A DNA stretch of 64,000 bases from NCBI GenBank assembly GCA_963514005.1, contig OY740808.1:2046001-2110000 (forward strand). The letters are read 5' to 3'. The notes under the pieces were generated by a model. The model made no database searches and was not told the origin of the DNA. It saw only the letters and a program-made list of their open reading frames with translations. Shown here piece after piece: positions 48,640 to 61,375 of the stretch (position 1 is the first letter of the stretch; the number at the start of each line of letters is the position of its first letter). The position numbers and the translations under genes were made by a program. Origin of the DNA: Raja brachyura. Taxonomy: Eukaryota.

Positions 48640-49370
48640 TATTAGATGCAAAGAGGAGTTACATAAAGTTATATAAAGTGGCCGGTATAAGTAGCTTGGA
48701 TTGGCAGCAGTTTCGAATTTGGTAAAAACAGACCAAGGGAGATTGAGAGTGAAAATAGACTATGAAAGGGCAAGATGGAGTGTAAACACTTCTCTAAGTA
48801 AGTGTAAAGAAAAAGATGTGAAGACAATCATAGATCCCATTTTGGGAGAAATGGGAGAATATAGAATGGGGAACAAAGTAAGAGCAATACATTACACAAG
48901 ATAGACATTAAATGCTGGAGTAACTTAGCGGGACAGGCAGCATCTCTGAAGAGAAGGAATGGGTAACGTTTCGGGTCGAGTCCCTTCTTCAGACTTTTCC
49001 TTCCTCTTTTCCTTCCTACCTAATACAGAAACATTACACAAATACTTTGATTCAGTCTTCCCAGAAAAAGACAAAATATAACTTCCAGGGAATGAATTTC
49101 CACTAGGAGTTTTGCCTGGCAATGTGAAGCCTTGTACCAGGAGTCACTGCTCAGGATATGTTTTATGACAATTAAATGAGAAGAAATTCCTTCATTCCAG
49201 CAGTAGAATTATCTACAACAGAAGACTGTAGAGTCGTCAAATATACTCAAGAAAGAGATAAATTTCCAGACACAAAAGGCGTCAAGGGATATGGTATTGA
49301 GGGAGATAATCAACCGTGATTGTATTGAATGACAGAACAGAACTCAAAAAACAAATGTCCTGCCATTTTC
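48640..49370 (+). mobile_element. Old internally deleted CR1 carrying a PLE-end insert
   Basis: KIDYE..., EMGEYRMGNK..., and KYFDSVF resumes after the insert. Decayed 3' end. Confidence 0.7.
48900..49030 (-). mobile_element. PLE-end mini-element with near-intact hammerhead core and 11-bp TSD
   Basis: Minus strand CUGAAGA-A-GGGACUCGACCC-GAAACGUUA (48961-48995). ACATTACACAA at 48889-48899 and 49031-49041. Confidence 0.85.
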
Positions 49371-50599
49371 ATGTTTTTTTTTGTTCTGTATATTTGAAAA
49401 ATTCTATTACATTTGACATATTTAAACACTGTTTCCATTCAGAAATTATGTTGACTATCTAACCACATTATTCTAAGTGTCCTTTTACAGTAATGGGTTC
49501 AGCAATTTTCTAAAGATATAAATCAGACTTTTTTTCGCTCTCTCCCTCTCCCTCTTCAAGGGAATCTTGGGAACATCTAATACTTCCACTATCTCCCCGA
49601 TCATTCCATTTAAAAGCAGAAGCCACAGGCTAAACAGTATGCCAGTTGTGATTGTTTAAAATTCCTGCATTCCTTTTGTCCTCTGATTTTCTAATATTTT
49701 AGAGGTGCCTGCTACAAAATAATAAGCCTGGTACAAAATAATTACTTAAGATCTCTGACATTTCCATGTTCCCAATTATCAATTCCCCAATGTCGGCTTC
49801 TAAAGGATCAATGTTTATATTAGCTATTATCTGTAATGTTGTAAAACATCGCAAGCACAAGGATATAGCTTGTAATATCTCTGCAACATATCAAATAGCA
49901 TGGCATTAAAATGGCAGAAATATTCCCCTTCCACTAAAAAAATGTTGCTCATTTTCTGTATTAGGTTGCTGAACATCCTGCCAAACATGATGGTACAAAT
50001 AGTTATTTCTCTAACCTATTTGTACCTTTGTATTTATCATAGTCACTTGCCATTACTCAATTTGTGTATAGGTGCATATTGAAGGAAAAAAAATTAAAAA
50101 TTAAATTACATGTCGTAACACAACATAAAATCTAGTATTAGGTTCAACACAATATTTCAATGATTGAATCCTCTTGATGTTCATAAATAGGTGCTCATTT
50201 GCCCTCGCTATTTCTGAAATGAGAACTATTCATATGAATTACTATTGTGCAACATGTGGTCAGACATTCATTTGAATTGGTTACTTAGATTGTATAAAAT
50301 ACAAGTGATTTTTGGGCAGCCTATAATTGTATTGACTGCAAAATGCATGATTCAAATAAACTATAATCCTATCCATAAGTAATCTGGGATTCTTTACCCT
50401 GTTACTGCTGTTTATTGTCTTCATTAGGTTGATTAATTCTTTGAATAATCAAATGTTCTGTCAACAGAATCTTACATTGTTATATTAAACTTAAGCAATC
50501 CATCACAATTATGCACAAACTTGAATGAAAAATATGTGATTGTTAATCTAATAGCTCATTCACAAATATTCGTGAATAAGGTTTTCGTTTATCATATTG

Positions 50600-50703
50600 T
50601 TTACAGTGTACTATGTTTATATATTCTGTTGTGCTGCTGCACGTAAGAATTTAATTGTTCTATCTGGGACACATGACAATAAAACACTCTTGACTCTTGA
50701 CTT
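50600..50703 (+). mobile_element. Rex1/Babar-type 3' tail
   Basis: GTAAGAATTTAATTGTTC..ATGACAATAAAACA(CTCTTGA)n. Confidence 0.65.
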
Positions 50704-50847
50704 GGGCTCCATCTAGTTGCCATTTTTCTGCTGGTTAGGAAGCTTAGATTGTTAGATTGGAATGGACCATTGGTGGCATTTGGTAAGTAGAATGTGGGTT
50801 GCACTGAAATATTAATGTTTTCAATCACAATTTTGAAACGACCCGTG

Positions 50848-51705
50848 AAGAGGGTGTTAGGAGGTTGCAGGGTGACCTGGACTGGTTGAGTGGGTGGGCA
50901 GATCCGTGGCAGACGCAGTATAATATAGATAAATGTGAGGTTATCCACTTTGGCGGCAAAAACAAGGGGGCAGAATATTATCTCAATGGGGTTAGGTTAG
51001 GTAAGGGGGAGGTGCAGCGAGACCTGGGTGTCCTTGTACACCAGTCACTGAAAGTTGGCGTGCAGGTACAGCAGGCAGTGAAGAAAGCTAATGGCCTTTA
51101 TAACGAGGATTTCAGTATAGGAGTAAAGAGGTTCTTCTGCAATTGTATAGGGCTCTGGTAAGACCACATCTGGAGTATTGTGTACAGTTTTGGTCTCCTA
51201 ATTTTAGGAAGGACATCCTTGTGATTGAGGCACTGCAGCGTAGGTTCACGAGATTGATCCCTGGGATGGCGGGACTGTCATATGAGGAAAGATTGAAAAG
51301 ACATGACTTGTATTCACTGGAGTTTAGAAGGATGAGGGGGATCTTATAGAAACCTATATAAAATTATAAAAGGACTGGACATGCTAGATACAGGAAAAAT
51401 GTTCCCAATGTTGGGCGAGTCCAGAACCAGGGGCCACAGTCTTAGAATAAAGGGAGGCCATTTAAGACTGAGGTGAGAAAAAACATTTTCACCCAGAGTT
51501 GTGAATTTGTGGAATTCCCTTCCACAGAGGGCAGTGGAGGCCAAATCACTGGATGGATTTAAGAGAGAGCTAGGGGCTAGTGGAATCAAGGGATATGGGG
51601 AGAAGGCAGGCACGTGTTATTGATTAGGGACGATCAGCCATGATCACAATGGTGCTGGCTCAAAGGGCCGAATGGCCTCCTCTGGCACCTATTTTCTATG
51701 TTTCT
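50848..51705 (+). mobile_element. CR1 LINE 3' fragment with frameshifts
   Basis: LQGDLDWLSGWAD..DKCEVIHFG and YRALVRPHLEYCVQFWSP, with a TTTTCTATGTTTCTA tail. Confidence 0.93.
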
Positions 51706-52861
51706 ACTGCATCATTTTTGTGACATTTTTGTTTTATTTCTCACCCCAGCTAAATATGCCATAACGTGATGTTATTAATTAATCATAGCATAGTTACAAC
51801 ACAGGAGGACATTTTGCCCACTTTGTCCGTGTTGGATTGATCAGCATTGAATTTAGGGCAGACAGACTTGTGCCTACAATAAGGTGCAGAGTGTTATAAA
51901 CTCAATTAATAATGGCCCCATTGGAGCAGCAGAGATGGACTTCTGCCCCGTTTGCTAACTGGTTGGGAAATCAGGTTGTAGAGGAGTCAGAACCCAGCAT
52001 ACTATATACTTTTCACTGAGTATACATTTATTGCTTTTCTTGTATCTCATTGTGGAAGTCGGTCACATGGGCTCAGAGTTCCTGGTCTGCTCTCCTGCTG
52101 AGTTCGCTGATTTGCAGTACCACAATTAATGTCAGCAATCCTGTGCTAAATCTTCTTTTCACGAACATTGCACGGTGACCTTTTCTTCAAATTCTGCATC
52201 TGAAAATGATAGAATAAAGTTCATCTGTTCTGTCCTAATGATTGAATAGTTTGCTTATTTTAAATGGGGCATGCATATGATGATAAATTGGTAACTGGCA
52301 CTTATGCCTCACTATAACCACATTTGGAAGAAATGAGAAGTAAGCCAAGGGAAGAAACATATAAAGAATCAAACACTAATTAACCTTCCGTAGCTTCTCA
52401 CGGGAAGTCAAGATACTGATGAAGAGTGATTCAACCAATAATTGGACAAGACCCAAAATGCCATCTTCCTCAGTATATTCCTTCCTCAGATGCTGCCTGA
52501 TCGCTGAGATCTTCCAGCACCTTATGTTTTGAACTGGAACAAACAGCATATATAACATGCCAGATTTATAATGGTACTTTCATTTATATACAATACTTAG
52601 AATTTATATTATTTTAAGTGCCAATGAGTAATTAGAATTGGTTGGAATACAGGAGTTTTGCTGCAAATCAGTTTAAAGACCTGAAGGACTGAGCCATTGA
52701 GGTGTAAACTCCCTGGTGGAAAGTACAATTAGTGAAGGATAATTTTACAATGTCAATATGAGGGGAGTAATTTCACAATATTAAATCAAGTTATAGAAAT
52801 AGGAATAATCTTACACCCCTCCACCTACCACTGACTATACCTATCGACTTTACTTGTTCCG

Positions 52862-53760
52862 TTTTAATTTTAGAGATACAACACGGAAACAGGCCCTTTG
52901 GCCCACTGCGTCCACACCAACCAGCGATCCCTGCACATTAACATTATTCTGCCATTTAAAGAGATCACAGATGTTCTTCCACATAAACTCCACTTTTCCA
53001 CCCAATCACTAGATCATCCGATTTCCATAATGTTCCACAATATATCAGATTCATCATTAAATATTATCAATGATTGATCATCTCCTGGTTAAAGAAAATT
53101 ATGAAGATTTAGAATCTTTTCATTTCTAATCTAAATGTCCAACCATTTATCCTGGAAAAGTAGCCCCGATTTCTAGATTCTCCAGTTGGACAAATGAGTT
53201 AGTTGTGTTCAATGAATGAATGAGTGAATAAGTTTATTAGCCAAGTATGCACACATACAAGGAATTTGCCTTGAGAATGAGAATAATGAGATCGTCTCAT
53301 TCTTTTAAACTCTGATGATAGGCTGCTAACTATTTTAACTTTGCTTCCCATTCCCATACCGATCATTGTGCTCTGGGCTGCCGCCTTTGGCTAAGTGAAG
53401 CCACAAGCAAAGTTGAGGAGCACCACCGTGTTCCGCTTGGGTAACTCAAAACCCAATGGCAAACATCACCCCCCAACATAGTGTCCACACATTTCTCTGA
53501 GTATCTCCCACCACCCCAATCACCCTGCTCCTTTTCCTCTTCTGTACACTAATCTCCTATCCCCAAGACCCATATTTCCCTTTTATTCCTCTTTCTTTCC
53601 TTCTCCACTGCCCCCTTCCACTCATATCCCTCCCTCCAGAATTGCATTTTGTTCCTTTCCGTATGTGAGACCCTTTTATCTCCTTTTCATACCTAGCCTT
53701 TGTCACCTACTCTACTCCACCTTTGTGCCAATCAACTCCTCCCCTTCACCTGTATCTGCA
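52862..53760. mobile_element. Cluster: SINE 3' tail, old CR1 3' piece (minus) and decayed PLE end (plus)
   Basis: GGAAACAGGCCCTTTGGCCCAC; CCCCGATTTCTAGATTCTCC; GAGTTGAGGAGCACCAC-like PLE C-terminal remnant followed by a pyrimidine tract. Confidence 0.55.
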
Positions 53761-56700
53761 GTAATGCCAACCTAGATTATTAAGATCTTGTCCTGAAATG
53801 GGCCTTAAACCCACAACCTTTTAAATCAGGCTACCAACTTAACTAATATTTGCCTGCCTTGGCTCATTTTAAATTCTGGTTTCAGAAGCAAAGGAAATTA
53901 AGAGATAAGTAAGCAATGCAATACTCTCTCTTGATGGTGTTCTGAAAAGTTTTGAATTTTGCTACATTATATTTTTCTTGATTTTATTGCTGCATACAGG
54001 CATCAAGATAATTAATAACAGTGATATGGCTTAGCATGCCTTCATGAATGTTGTATTAAATGAAAGAGTAAATATTTGTTATATTTTCTGTTTTCCTTTT
54101 GCTGAAAAACTGTATGGTTTAAAAATAGTGATTTTCAGATATCCAGTGAACAGATATCCAGATAACAGATGAAACAATCCAGAAATTATGTTTAATACTG
54201 CATGATAATTTTGATACCTTTTCTTGAAAATGAAATGAAATAATACAAACCCATATTCTTAAGTTGCAGAAAATCAAATCCAAATGTATCCACAGTATAA
54301 ATATAATTATATAAGCCAATGTGATTATTGAGTAACAGGTTAATAATGAAAGACAATTATGAATTTATTAGTGAATCTATCTTTCACTTTTATATTGTGC
54401 TTGTGCATTATGGGTTAAAATGGATGATATTTGAAGGTGGACTGTAGGATCTTCACATGATGTACTTGGCAAGCAATCCATTTTCTCACTATTATCATCC
54501 AAACGATCTGTGTTTGCAGTAACCAAAGGTCGTCATGCATGAGTTAGGTCTGATGACAACTGTGTTTGAGCACTGGGGAGAAAAATGAAGCGTCAAAATA
54601 ATATCTGACAGTCTAGGCGCAGCCACCACAGTTGGTTTAGAATGCATCTAACACAAGGTGGGGTTATACGCAGCTACTTAAATATATTGTATGCAAATGG
54701 TGTGGACATTGATATTTGAAAAGTGAGGGAGCGAAAGGACAATGCTGATAACGGCTTCTCAATGCTGATAACGGCTTAGAAACAAGTTTGTCACTGCAAT
54801 ATTGTGAAATATAAAATATAGTGTTGTGACTGAAATATCCTCAGTGAGGAAATTAGAAATATATGGAAGTAGTTTACACTCAGACTGTGAAAGCACCAAG
54901 GAGCTGGCTTTCCAGTAGGCTGAATGATACCATCAATGTATTCAGGTAATAGGTTTTATTTACAATTCCTTTTAAAGGTAAATGATATTTAAAACCTTTG
55001 AAAATTATTTAATAATATGTCTGATGGAATTATAGGTTTTAAAATATGGTGGTTTAAAAAAAAAACCTCAATTAGAATGTGAAAATGAGCCATTCATATA
55101 TTTATTGATATATTTTGCTTCAGGAAATTATAAGATGTTTTCGCAGAAAATGTGGGCGTTGGTAAAATATGAGAAATAGAATTCCAACCCAGAGTTTTTT
55201 GGGAGGGAGGTATTTTCTAAAGTCAAAACTACACTATCATTCAGACAGCAGTCAACCTCTTGAATGGTTTAAAATCCTTGAATACATCAGCCAGTATGAG
55301 TCAATCTCATTGGTTCTGCAATTTGAGTATTCATTGCTGTATTAGATATTAAATAGTCCTTTTGACACTGTATTCATGCTGGCTTCAATTGCATCAGTGC
55401 AAAAGAGTTGTATGAGCACATCAGCACTTTTGTAAGTGTAATTTTAAAGACTTATTGAGCATGTTGAACCCTGAAGGTATGAAACCTCTCCTGAAGGCCA
55501 ACCCACCAATTTGAATTCCAAACACATGTAGCGTAAATTAAGCCTTTGTGAATTCCATATTGATGTTCTATTTCCATAACTGCCATACAACAGTTTAAAC
55601 CGTGTTGGTCCTGAAGGAATAACTTGAATGTCCTCCATCTCTATTTGTATTGAAAGAACAAAACTAACTCATATAACAGTTTGTAACCTGAACTCGTTTT
55701 CTTTGTATTGTGCAGTGACATCATGGCATCCCAGTTCTCAACAGACATTACATTATAGATAGTTGCAGTTTAATGTCGATGTCTTGGCATCGTGACTAAA
55801 CGTTGACTTCAACATTTGGAAGTATTTACTGAAAGATTGCTCCAGATTTTAGACCAAATAAGACCATTTTAAATAAGTATTTACATCAACGGCAGTACTT
55901 CCAGTATGTGTGTTGATCAAGCTCCAGAATGCAGACGCTGCAAATTCTAACATGGTCAGCAAAATGCAGAACTGGGAGGGATAACTTTCCTGATATCACA
56001 AGAGTGAGTGCACTGCACCACATCTACCATCACACCAGCCAGTTTCCCTGATGTATTTCTTGCTCAGACTGAATAAGCTGATCCCAGTTGCAAGTAAGGA
56101 AATTTGGCTGTGTATAATCACAATGTTCACCTGTGAGGAGAACAAAAATAAATCACTTTATATTTCCTCTGTAGTTCAGTAATCAATGGCATCCTCTGGA
56201 TAATATACATTTATATATTTAAAAAAATGGTATATCCTTTTTCGAAAAAGAATGTATTTTTGGCTGCAATCCCCAAACCCTGGAGCAGCAGTACTCTTGG
56301 CCATCTACTGACAAGAAATAAGGCAGAGCCATGTATGGTAAAAGGATCCAGACCCTTTATGCAGATCCAGAATTTGAATTTCATGGTGTTCTGTAAGCCT
56401 CAGCAATCTGCTTCATGAAGCACAAGTAGCACATTTCTGTATCTGTTAATATATGCTGCCTGAATGGTTTGCCATGTTGGATATTCATGGAGCTTAATAT
56501 TGCTCATTGATTGATGAATCCTCGTTTCGGATATGAAGATTAAAACTTAGAAAACAATAAACAAAGAATACCTATTGAGTGATTTTACTCTATTGTGGCA
56601 TCTTTGTCCACTCCTTCACTTTGTGTATATTTAACCCAGTTTATCAATAGCTTCACCCAAGAAGCTTTTGAATTTTTCTCTTGAACTTTTCTACTGCTTG

Positions 56701-56999
56701 AGGAAAGTTACTCACAATTAACTTATTCTGAAATTGACATTTCCAGTGAACAGAACGTTCACTAGCAGATCAGAAAATCATTAAAACTTCAGCCACCAAA
56801 ATTGACTTTGTGTTGTAGTCTATCACCAAAGTTCATTCCTTCAAAATTATTGGAATACATGTTGGAGGTGACTACAATGTGCTGAAGATACTAAATATCT
56901 CATTCTGTGCTACCAAGTAGGATGGATTTCCAAGAAGTAGGATATTAAGTGGAGGTTTGATAGCGCCAATTCATCCGAGTTATTCTTGCTGAACGCTGT

Positions 57000-57690
57000 T
57001 GAAAATTGGAGACAAAGAATAAATTGGGCAGTTAAAATGTTGTATTCTGTTCCCTCACCAAGAAACATTCTTCAGTATAAGTGAGTTGAGGGAAATGTCT
57101 TGCAGACTGAGTGGTTAGTGCCTGAAATGCTCTGCCAGGATTACAGGAGGCAAATTTAACTGCAACATTTAAAATGGAGATGGATAAATATCTTAAAGGA
57201 AGGATTTACAGGACTGTGGAGAGAGAGTGATCGAGTGGAACTAACGGGATTGCTCTGACGTGTATTTGGTATGGATTTAACAAGTTGAGTGACCTCCTTC
57301 CATGCTATAACTCTCTTGTGACATGCTTCAGTTTTGCATTTTATTATCCAGGCTTAGATAATCAGTTTCTTCCATGCATTACTCCTTCCAAATAGAACAA
57401 TAAACTATGCTATTGCCATTTTATCGGCCTTACTTATATTTATTACATAGAATTGTTGCTGAAAAGAAAATCAAAACTGAAGATGCTGGAAGTCTAAAGT
57501 AAAAAGAGAAACAGCTGGAAATTCTCAATGGATCAGTCAGTGCCCATGGCAAGAGAAACAAAGCTTACATTTCAGGTCTCTGATCTTTGGCGTTCAGAAG
57601 GAACATAAATAACTTCTGATGAAATATCATGGACCTGAAATGTTAGTTCAATCCCCATAGACGCCGCTCACCTGAGTATTTGGAGTGTTT
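57000..57690. mobile_element. Old CR1 3' piece (~57000-57315, plus) and old fold-back PLE end (~57470-57690)
   Basis: ACATTTAAAATGGAGATGGATAAATAT (TFKMEMDKY). CTGAAGATGCTGGAAGTC...CTGATGAAATATCATGGACCTGAAATGTTA. Confidence 0.55.
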
Positions 57691-57889
57691 TATAGATTTT
57701 ATTGGAGAAAATGTAGAATGTTTACATTTTTTTTAAGTTTGACAGTAGATCGGAATTGAGTTACACATCTGCAATTGTATTTCAAAATTCTGCTGGCAAT
57801 CAGAAATGAGTAGTAATCATTAAAACCATATGTCTACATTTATGGCGTTGCAGTGTGCTGAAGAAGTTATTTGTTCTATAACTAGTTGA

Positions 57890-58782
57890 CAATCCTGAGC
57901 GAGGAGTTAATTGACACTTGTACAGGCGACGCTGCATGGCCCCTTTAAGAAAAAGAAGCCGTCTGTGTAATCCATCTTTCTTGAATAGATCGGTTCAGTC
58001 TGCTCGCTGGCATTACACCCTAAGCTACCTTAGGAGGTTGAAAGCGGCAGTTGTCCAGAGCGGCTCCAAAGCTGATTTGGAGGCTTAACAGTAACAAGAT
58101 TGAGATTACAATGTGCAGAGGATATTGCTCTTCGTTCATCATGGGAATTATGGATATCAAGACCTGAGAAAATCATCTTAGCGCAGTTTGTATGAGGGAA
58201 GCGGCTTGCGGACCCGAGTGAGGATTGGAAGTGGCTTCTTGTTCAGTGTGTGCGTGTGCGAGCGCCGGGCTAATGAGCGGAGCAGCTGGGCAGCGCTGAG
58301 CCCAGCCCCGCCGCCGCGCCCCACAGTCTCGCACAACACTCAGACGCGGAAGGATTTACTTCGGCCACATTAAGAGAGAGATATATATTTATTTTTAAAA
58401 CGGAGAAACCGAGAGGGAGGGGGTTGCTCCGAGTTGCTGGCTTTGTACGGCGGTTTGGAGGCAGCGTCAGCGCCGCTCTGCCTTACTAACTGGACGACGG
58501 GCATATCAGGTTTGTTTTTCTTCGCTCTGCCCGTTTCCCAATTCGGCTGTCTCCCCCTCCCCCCACCTCCCTGGAAAGAAAACTGATTTTTTTTTGTAAA
58601 GGCAGCACGGTCTTAGAAGCCCGAGAATACGGCCATATTTCACGAAGAATGATTTTGTTTCGCTGCGAAGGGAATGTGCCGGATAATTGTGGATTCCTAA
58701 ATGGTTGGGATTACTGCGCTTTTGCAGCGTGGATTGAGGTTATCATTCATTGTTTGTGTTTAGGAAAATAAACCCAGTGTTG
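57890..58782 (+). promoter_or_regulatory. Intronic CpG island; candidate alternative promoter/first exon of the host gene
   Basis: Roughly 45-50 CpGs (counted by eye) in ~850 bp of non-repeat DNA in an otherwise CpG-poor window. GC-box-like CCCCGCCGCCGCGCCCC. Candidate donor TTG|GTAAGA at 58782/58783. Confidence 0.7.
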
Positions 58783-61194
58783 GTAAGATACAATATATAT
58801 TTCACTTTTATCTATCTAAGAAAATGCCGTTGTTTCTGTCGCTTCCACTGTTTGTTTTTTTTATTGTATACTCCTCTGTCTTTGAGATCGGTAACAAAGG
58901 GAATCCTCCCTGTTGGCTTCTTGCCTTTTCACCAAAGTAACAGCTCAGAACGATGCCGGATTCATTTTTACCTCGTGTTTAAAATATATATACATATATG
59001 TATCCCGTTATTCCCGCTATTTGGTCAAAGACACACGGGCTGAAGCAGTTGGTTGGCATTACTGAACAACAAAGTTAAACATTTCGGAGCAGGCTGCATG
59101 CTCGGAGTGAAGCAGAAATGAGTCATGGGGAAATGAGTCCAGGAAGCCCTTTGTCAGTTCTCTGAGCTGCTTTCTTATCAAATATGAAACCAATAACTTT
59201 GGACAGTTGAAAAGCTGCTTGTATAATAGAAATCAATAATTTCTTGTAAAATCATTGGAGTCCTTTGTTTCCTCTCTCTGGTACCTTGTTGCAGGAATAC
59301 TCATGCAGCTGTTAAACAGGTCTGCCTGTCTGTTTTCTTCCAGCATGTTGAAATACTACTGAATATGTATTTTGTAACTGGAAAATATTTGAGGCATCTG
59401 AGTTTCCTTAGGCAGACATTTCTCTGTCTAATTTTCTTATTAACTAATTGGATAGATAGCCTTTAGAATCCCAACCTTGTTGTCTTGAATTTCTTCTGAG
59501 GAGCAATAGATGCCTCTAGTATTTTGTGTAGGTTCCTTTACGGTTGCTGCTTAACTATTTGTCAACAGAAATTACACAATCACAATATTAACTTAGGAAG
59601 AAAGCATTTCCTGGAATTGACTAGTAATACTTTAGTTAATAAGGGATTTCCATGAAGCATTTTGACATTAAAGTTTTAATTTTATTTTTTAAATGGTTTC
59701 TTTTAGAATGATGCTAGACATACATAGTAAAAGACTAAAGCCGAGCTTATTTGCAACCACGGTCGTGGGACTAAAATGTTTATGTACAAAAGACAAAGAC
59801 TGCACATTGTAGCCTGCAAGTAAACTCTTGCAGTTAGTATAACCTTTGAACAGTACAGAGTACATGCAGAAAAAAACTGTCTTTTGAGTACAGCGTGTAA
59901 GAGACTTGGTTGAAACATAGGCGTTTATTGTGGTGACTGGTCTTCAGCATTCTTGCAATTGTCCTCACAAGCAGAAACCAGAACAGTAAGCCTAAATGAT
60001 ATTGAATATTAGCTTCATTTTTATTTCAGAAGTACTCATTGATGCAGGCTGAAAGACATGCTGTAGGCTGTATTTAAGCCACTGGGTACTGGAGTGCCGT
60101 AGCTGTCTATACTGGCCATATCAAAGCCATTGAGGTTGGTAGTAATGTTAAAAAGGTATTCTGTTGTTGGAAAGATGACCTTTCTACAAAATCCACTGTT
60201 CTACCAAAGACTCTGGGGTGGGCTTTGTTGCTTTCAACACTGAAGGTCACATCATTGTGCTTCCCTGTCTCACGAGGCCTCTAGAACTACACAAAAAGCA
60301 TCCTATTATTCCAGGCTTAAAGCCATTCCTTCTTCACCAGTGTCTGGCACGATACGTTAAAACAGTGTTTCCTTTTGATGCAGCATTTACAAGACAAACG
60401 TTCTTATCACTCCTGATTAATTCCTGCAGAAATGGAGGAAAACAGATGAAGAGCCTGAGGCTGGTTCCCTAGAGAAGTCATTTGTATGTTGTCACATGCT
60501 CCCTTCCATTAGTGTGACACCACAATGAAAGTAAAAGCTGTTCTTCATTGTGCACTTTTGCCCCAATGTATCCTCCTTAGCCAACATCCCCCATTTTTTA
60601 TTAATTCATTAATTTTATTTTTGATTCCGTCTTTTTTTTATTAACATTAAATTAATCTAATATCAGTGTAACCATAAAGTTTCCTTTTGATTTGGCAAAA
60701 GTAGCGTTTCTTGTACTTTTATTGGTAGGTGCAGATGACACTGAAGCGAACTGGCGTTGCTTATTGATAGCTTGTGTCTTGTTATCCTACAGCTGCATTT
60801 TGATTTTCTGCTGCCATTGTGGATTAAATTGAGTTGTCTTTTGTTACCTTTAAGTGCAGTAATTAAATCAGTTCTGCATTGGTTTATGTTTGGTAAATGT
60901 CACTTGTATGCCTGCAGGCTTGCTGAAGTTGCCATTTACCAGATGTTTTTTCCCCAATGCTCATGGTGGAAAGCGTAGGCTCCAAAAATAGCAAAGGGCC
61001 TTCATCTTGGGTGTTACAGCCTGCTTTTTTTCCATGCTGGCTCTTGTAAAACCGCATGGCAAATTTTGTTAGAAAAATACCCTTAGTATTCTCAGCCTTA
61101 TTAATAGAGAAATGTATGTATTTTTGAAACGTTGAAAGATGTAAATCAACTGAGTTTTCCTATCCCGATCCCCATACTCCAGTATGTAACACGT

Positions 61195-61375
61195 CATGGA
61201 GATGATGCGCTATAATGCTGAGAACTATATTCTGCACTGTATGTTCTCCTTTGCTACTTGTACTTGAGTTTGTCTTGATTGTATTTATGTATAGTATTAT
61301 CTGATTGGGTAGCATGCAATATTAAGCTTTTCACTGTACATCAGCATGTATGACAGCAATAAACCTATTACCTAA
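61195..61375 (+). mobile_element. Rex1/Babar-type 3' UTR fragment
   Basis: AAGCTTTTCACTGTAC..ATGACAGCAATAAACC 3' end. Confidence 0.55.

Noticed and set aside
54545-54612. TGATGA...CTGA resembling a C/D box snoRNA
   Set aside because: Only ~58 nt between boxes, with no convincing terminal stem or recognisable rRNA guide.
54740-54778. Tandem duplication CAATGCTGATAACGGCTT x2 (also ATGTTTGCTGCG x2 at ~3977-4003)
   Set aside because: Ordinary local slippage duplications with no spacers, so not CRISPR-like.
60010-60075. Acceptor-like TTTTATTTCAG as possible next host exon
   Set aside because: The following frames do not resemble the expected AUTS2/FBRSL1 sequence (AS..SEKLF), and no good donor follows.
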